NCBI GenBank assembly: GCA_964390945.1
Contig: CAYMIV010000004.1
Location: 1-63,946, forward strand
DNA length: 63,946 nucleotides
Direction: 5' to 3'
Origin: an uncultured Candidatus Saccharibacteria bacterium
GTDB taxonomy: Bacteria; Patescibacteriota; Minisyncoccia; Phycocordibacterales; UBA918
In this document: piece by piece, positions 61,657-63,946 of the stretch
Layout: every line of letters starts with the position of its first letter
Position numbering within the stretch: position 1 is the first letter of the stretch
Program-made: the position numbers and the translations under genes
Notes under the pieces: generated by a model
Told to the model about the DNA's origin: nothing
The model's database searches: none
What the model saw: the letters and a program-made list of their open reading frames with translations, nothing else

Positions 61657-62885
61657 ACAGTTTTTTTCATGAGGGCATCGAGATTGTCGCCGATGCACTT
61701 GAGGTACGTCTCTTCTGAAAATAGTTTCTGTGAAGCGAGAATCGCCTCGCGTGATAATTGTGCGCGCAATTTTGCATCTCTAAGTTTTCCGAGCGCCTCA
61801 ACAAACGCCTCTGCGGTCGGCTCCGGGGTGAGGAGGTGTACTCCATCGTGGAGTGGATACCCGGCAAGCACGCGGGGGGAAGTGATGGTGGGTATGCCAC
61901 GTACAATCGGCTCGAACACTTTCTGTTGCATACCCTCGCCTATGAGCGAGGGGGAGATTGCAATATCCATATCGTTGAGTGCTGTTTCAAGGTCTGGTAC
62001 AAAACCATGGTAAACAACCCCATTGTGCATGTGTGGGGAGACAAGCGCCTCATCATGTCCGTGCATATTTTTTCCACCGATGATGTGGAGCGTAAAGGTG
62101 TTGGGAAACCGTTTCTGAAGAAGTGAATTAACCTCATTGAGTACAAAAAGAAGTCCACGACGCATGTGGGGAACATGAAAGTTGGAACCGATGAAATACA
62201 CATTGAGTTTTGGCCGACTATGCACTGTTGAATTCCTCCCTATATAAGCGCTCAATCGCCTCAGGGGGAGCGTCACGACTTTCGTTGTGCCCAATGTTTC
62301 GTATGTGGCTTTTTCTTTGGGAGTAATCGCGAATACTAGGTCGCTCTTTATAAGCATCCGGCGTTCCCCGAACGCTTTCGCTCCATACTTCAAGTAATCA
62401 ACGGGTGTGTGCTTTGATTGGTTGAGGTAGTGGTCCGGTTCGTAGTTTATTGAACGGGTTACGATTGGAATGTGCGCCTTTCGCACAATGTCATAGAGCG
62501 GCCACAAGTTTGAATAATCAAACCAGACAACGTCGGGAGAAAAGTCACGAATCTGCTTTTTCAACTCGTCACGGATGGGTCGGTTTCTGTACTCAAAAGA
62601 AGCCCCATCCCAAAATATCGGCACGCATGCCTGAATAATGCGCGATACGCACCGCTCAATAGATGTTTTATAAAACCGCGAGTAGAGCACCGGTATAATT
62701 GTCGCCCCGGTCTCTTCTTCGGCACTTCGCACTTCGGAGCGGTGCTTCGGGTAACACATGGTAATAACGCGTACTTCATACCCGAGTTTTTTGAGAAGGT
62801 GCATGCCCTCTATCCGGTCTTGCTCGCATGCGCCTCTCCGTATACCAAACGGGAAGCGCGTGGTAACCACAAGAATTTTTTTCAT
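61653..62885 (-). CDS. GT4/GT1-like glycosyltransferase
   Basis: MKKILVVTTRFPF...ISPSLIGEGMQQKVFEPIVRGIPTITSPRVLAG. Confidence 0.85.
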   Translation of the reverse strand: MKKILVVTTRFPFGIRRGACEQDRIEGMHLLKKLGYEVRVITMCYPKHRSEVRSAEEETGATIIPVLYSRFYKTSIERCVSRIIQACVPIFWDGASFEYRNRPIRDELKKQIRDFSPDVVWFDYSNLWPLYDIVRKAHIPIVTRSINYEPDHYLNQSKHTPVDYLKYGAKAFGERRMLIKSDLVFAITPKEKATYETLGTTKVVTLPLRRLSAYIGRNSTVHSRPKLNVYFIGSNFHVPHMRRGLLFVLNEVNSLLQKRFPNTFTLHIIGGKNMHGHDEALVSPHMHNGVVYHGFVPDLETALNDMDIAISPSLIGEGMQQKVFEPIVRGIPTITSPRVLAGYPLHDGVHLLTPEPTAEAFVEALGKLRDAKLRAQLSREAILASQKLFSEETYLKCIGDNLDALMKKTV

Positions 62886-62981
62886 AGGTAGAGTTTGCTA
62901 TTTCAGATTAATCAGAATGTCGAATGATAATACCACACGCCCATTAAACCTTTATTTCACCGGCTTTGTTAAAGAGGTGGT

Positions 62982-63710
62982 ATGAACAAAAAGATAAAAA
63001 AGAAAAGAATCGCCATTTCGGGCGGTTTTGATCCGATTCATCCAGGACATATCGCCATGATTGAATCCGCTGCTCTCTATGGCGAGGTGCACATTATTGT
63101 GAACAGCGACGACTGGCTCGTTAGAAAAAAGGGCTTCTTCTTTCAGCCGTGGATTGATCGAAAAAAGATACTCGAGGCGTATACGCCGCATATCCATGCT
63201 GTTGACGATACGGATGGAACGGTGTGCGAGGCGCTTCGGCGCATCAAGCCGGATTATTTCGGCAATGGCGGAGATCGGGTAAAGACAAATACCCCCGAAC
63301 TTTCCGTGTGCGAAGAACTCGGCATCGAACCCGTATTTGAACTCGGTGGGGGAAAATATTCTTCAAGTTCAGCATTGAATGCAAAACAGCGGGTTGCCAC
63401 CAGGTGGGGGTGGTATGACGTTATTCTCGACATGCATCAACTCAAAGTAAAAATGCTTCACCTTGAACCCGGTAAATCGCTCTCCTTACAGCGTCACAGC
63501 GACCGAAGTGAATTCTTCTTCATGCCGAACGGGGAAGTGCGTGTGAATTTGCCCGGTGTGTGGCATGTCCTCGAGGCACCGCTCGAGAGCGCTCTCGATG
63601 TGCTCGAGGTGCAGGTTGGTCCCTCCGCGGAGGAAGATATTGAAAAGATTTACGAACACGAAAACCACTTCAGTGTAGAGAGAAAAAAAAGAATCGCGCT
63701 GAACAAATAG
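62982..63710 (+). CDS. Fusion protein: cytidylyltransferase-fold nucleotidyltransferase (HxGH) joined to a type II PMI-like cupin domain
   Basis: N-terminal part IAISGGFDPIHPGHIAMI...HIIVNSDDWLVRKKG. C-terminal part RWGWYDVILDMHQLKVKMLHLEPGKSLSLQRHSDRSEFFF compares with the ManC C-terminal pattern RPWG.y.vl....kvK.i.v.PG..lSlQ.H..R.E.W. Confidence 0.85.
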   Translation: MNKKIKKKRIAISGGFDPIHPGHIAMIESAALYGEVHIIVNSDDWLVRKKGFFFQPWIDRKKILEAYTPHIHAVDDTDGTVCEALRRIKPDYFGNGGDRVKTNTPELSVCEELGIEPVFELGGGKYSSSSALNAKQRVATRWGWYDVILDMHQLKVKMLHLEPGKSLSLQRHSDRSEFFFMPNGEVRVNLPGVWHVLEAPLESALDVLEVQVGPSAEEDIEKIYEHENHFSVERKKRIALNK

Positions 63711-63833
63711 TCAATACACCCGTCGACACGCAACTCTCGTATCAGTGAGATGTGCGGGTAACTTTTTTTGGAAAGTTCGGTTATACTTCCTGTGTTTAAA
63801 AGTGTTATCGAGAGCGTTCATAATGCAAGAATA

Positions 63834-63946
63834 ATGCAAGAAGCAGAAAAAAACGACGACATCCTCACGCTCCCACGCCTTAACCTCGCGGGGAGAGTGC
63901 TCCACGACCTCGAGGTAATGCTCGTGGGCGGATTCGTGCCCGTCCG
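63834..63946 (+). CDS. 5' end of a probable sulfate adenylyltransferase (ATP sulfurylase)-like gene, truncated by the window edge
   Basis: MQEAEKNDDILTLPRLNLAGRVLHDLEVMLVGGFVPV resembles the N-terminal Sat motif L....DLELL..GGFSPL.GF. The start is uncertain (in-frame GTG at 63792 and TTG at 63768). Only 37 codons are visible. Confidence 0.4.
   Translation, partial: MQEAEKNDDILTLPRLNLAGRVLHDLEVMLVGGFVPV

Noticed and set aside
60841-62013. 390-aa plus-strand ORF, the longest unexplained ORF in the track
   Set aside because: It is antisense to the FkbM methyltransferase and GT4 genes, which have clear motifs and an ATGA-coupled junction. Its translation is Arg/Cys/Ser-rich with no recognisable domain.
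63711-63946. Minus-strand ORF open to the window edge (..DGHESAHEHYLEVVEHSPREVKAWERED..)
   Set aside because: No family was recognised and its C-terminal part looks junk-like (FFCFLHYSCIMNAL). The plus-strand frame over the same DNA matches an ATP-sulfurylase N-terminus. This remains unresolved without more sequence.

Overview
This is a 63.9-kb, very tightly packed window that uses the standard genetic code: TGA acts as a stop, for example in the murC/rsmI ATGA overlap. No rRNA, CRISPR array, transposase, integrase or prophage gene was recognised.

**Left 12.5 kb: housekeeping and envelope genes.**
- The recognisable genes are murD, murC, rsmI, a YfiH/PgeF-like gene, a DedA-family gene, one tRNA-Ile(GAU) and a possible S21 gene.
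- Several tiny membrane-protein genes sit behind near-consensus promoters.
- There is also a VirB2-pilin-like gene, a VirD4/TraD-like ATPase and a DUF4015-type hydrolase.
- This gene mix and the compaction suggest a small-genome Patescibacteria/CPR-type bacterium. That is an inference, not something shown by the sequence.

**From 12,549 to the right edge: one almost uninterrupted ~51-kb glycan-biosynthesis super-locus.**
- Transferases: 9 GT4-like, 2 GT2 (polyprenyl-phosphate type) and 1 GT9 heptosyltransferase-like, plus 2 paralogous ~600-aa GT-C-like membrane proteins.
- Tailoring enzymes: 3 CE4 deacetylases, 7 SAM methyltransferases, a sulfotransferase, an AsnB-like amidotransferase and a B12-binding radical SAM protein.
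- Sugar-nucleotide enzymes: an NDP-sugar dehydrogenase, an SDR, Gmd, an ADP-heptose-like branch and a Kdo-like (KdsA/B/C-like) branch.
- Export and carrier functions: a Wzx flippase and GtrA proteins.
- The probable start of an ATP-sulfurylase gene lies at the right edge.

**Best candidates for something undescribed.**
1. Two ATP-grasp / PHP-phosphoesterase / CE4-deacetylase triads lie at 15.1-22.6 kb. In one of them a PaaX/Cas2-fold regulator cassette is inserted, bracketed by two homologous stem-loops with a conserved loop core and followed by 12-bp iterons.
2. Heptose genes, Kdo-like genes and a GT9 gene co-occur. This implies an LPS-inner-core-like Hep/Kdo glycoconjugate, yet no lipid A gene is visible in the window.

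All protein family calls come from motifs read in the supplied translations. No database search was run.
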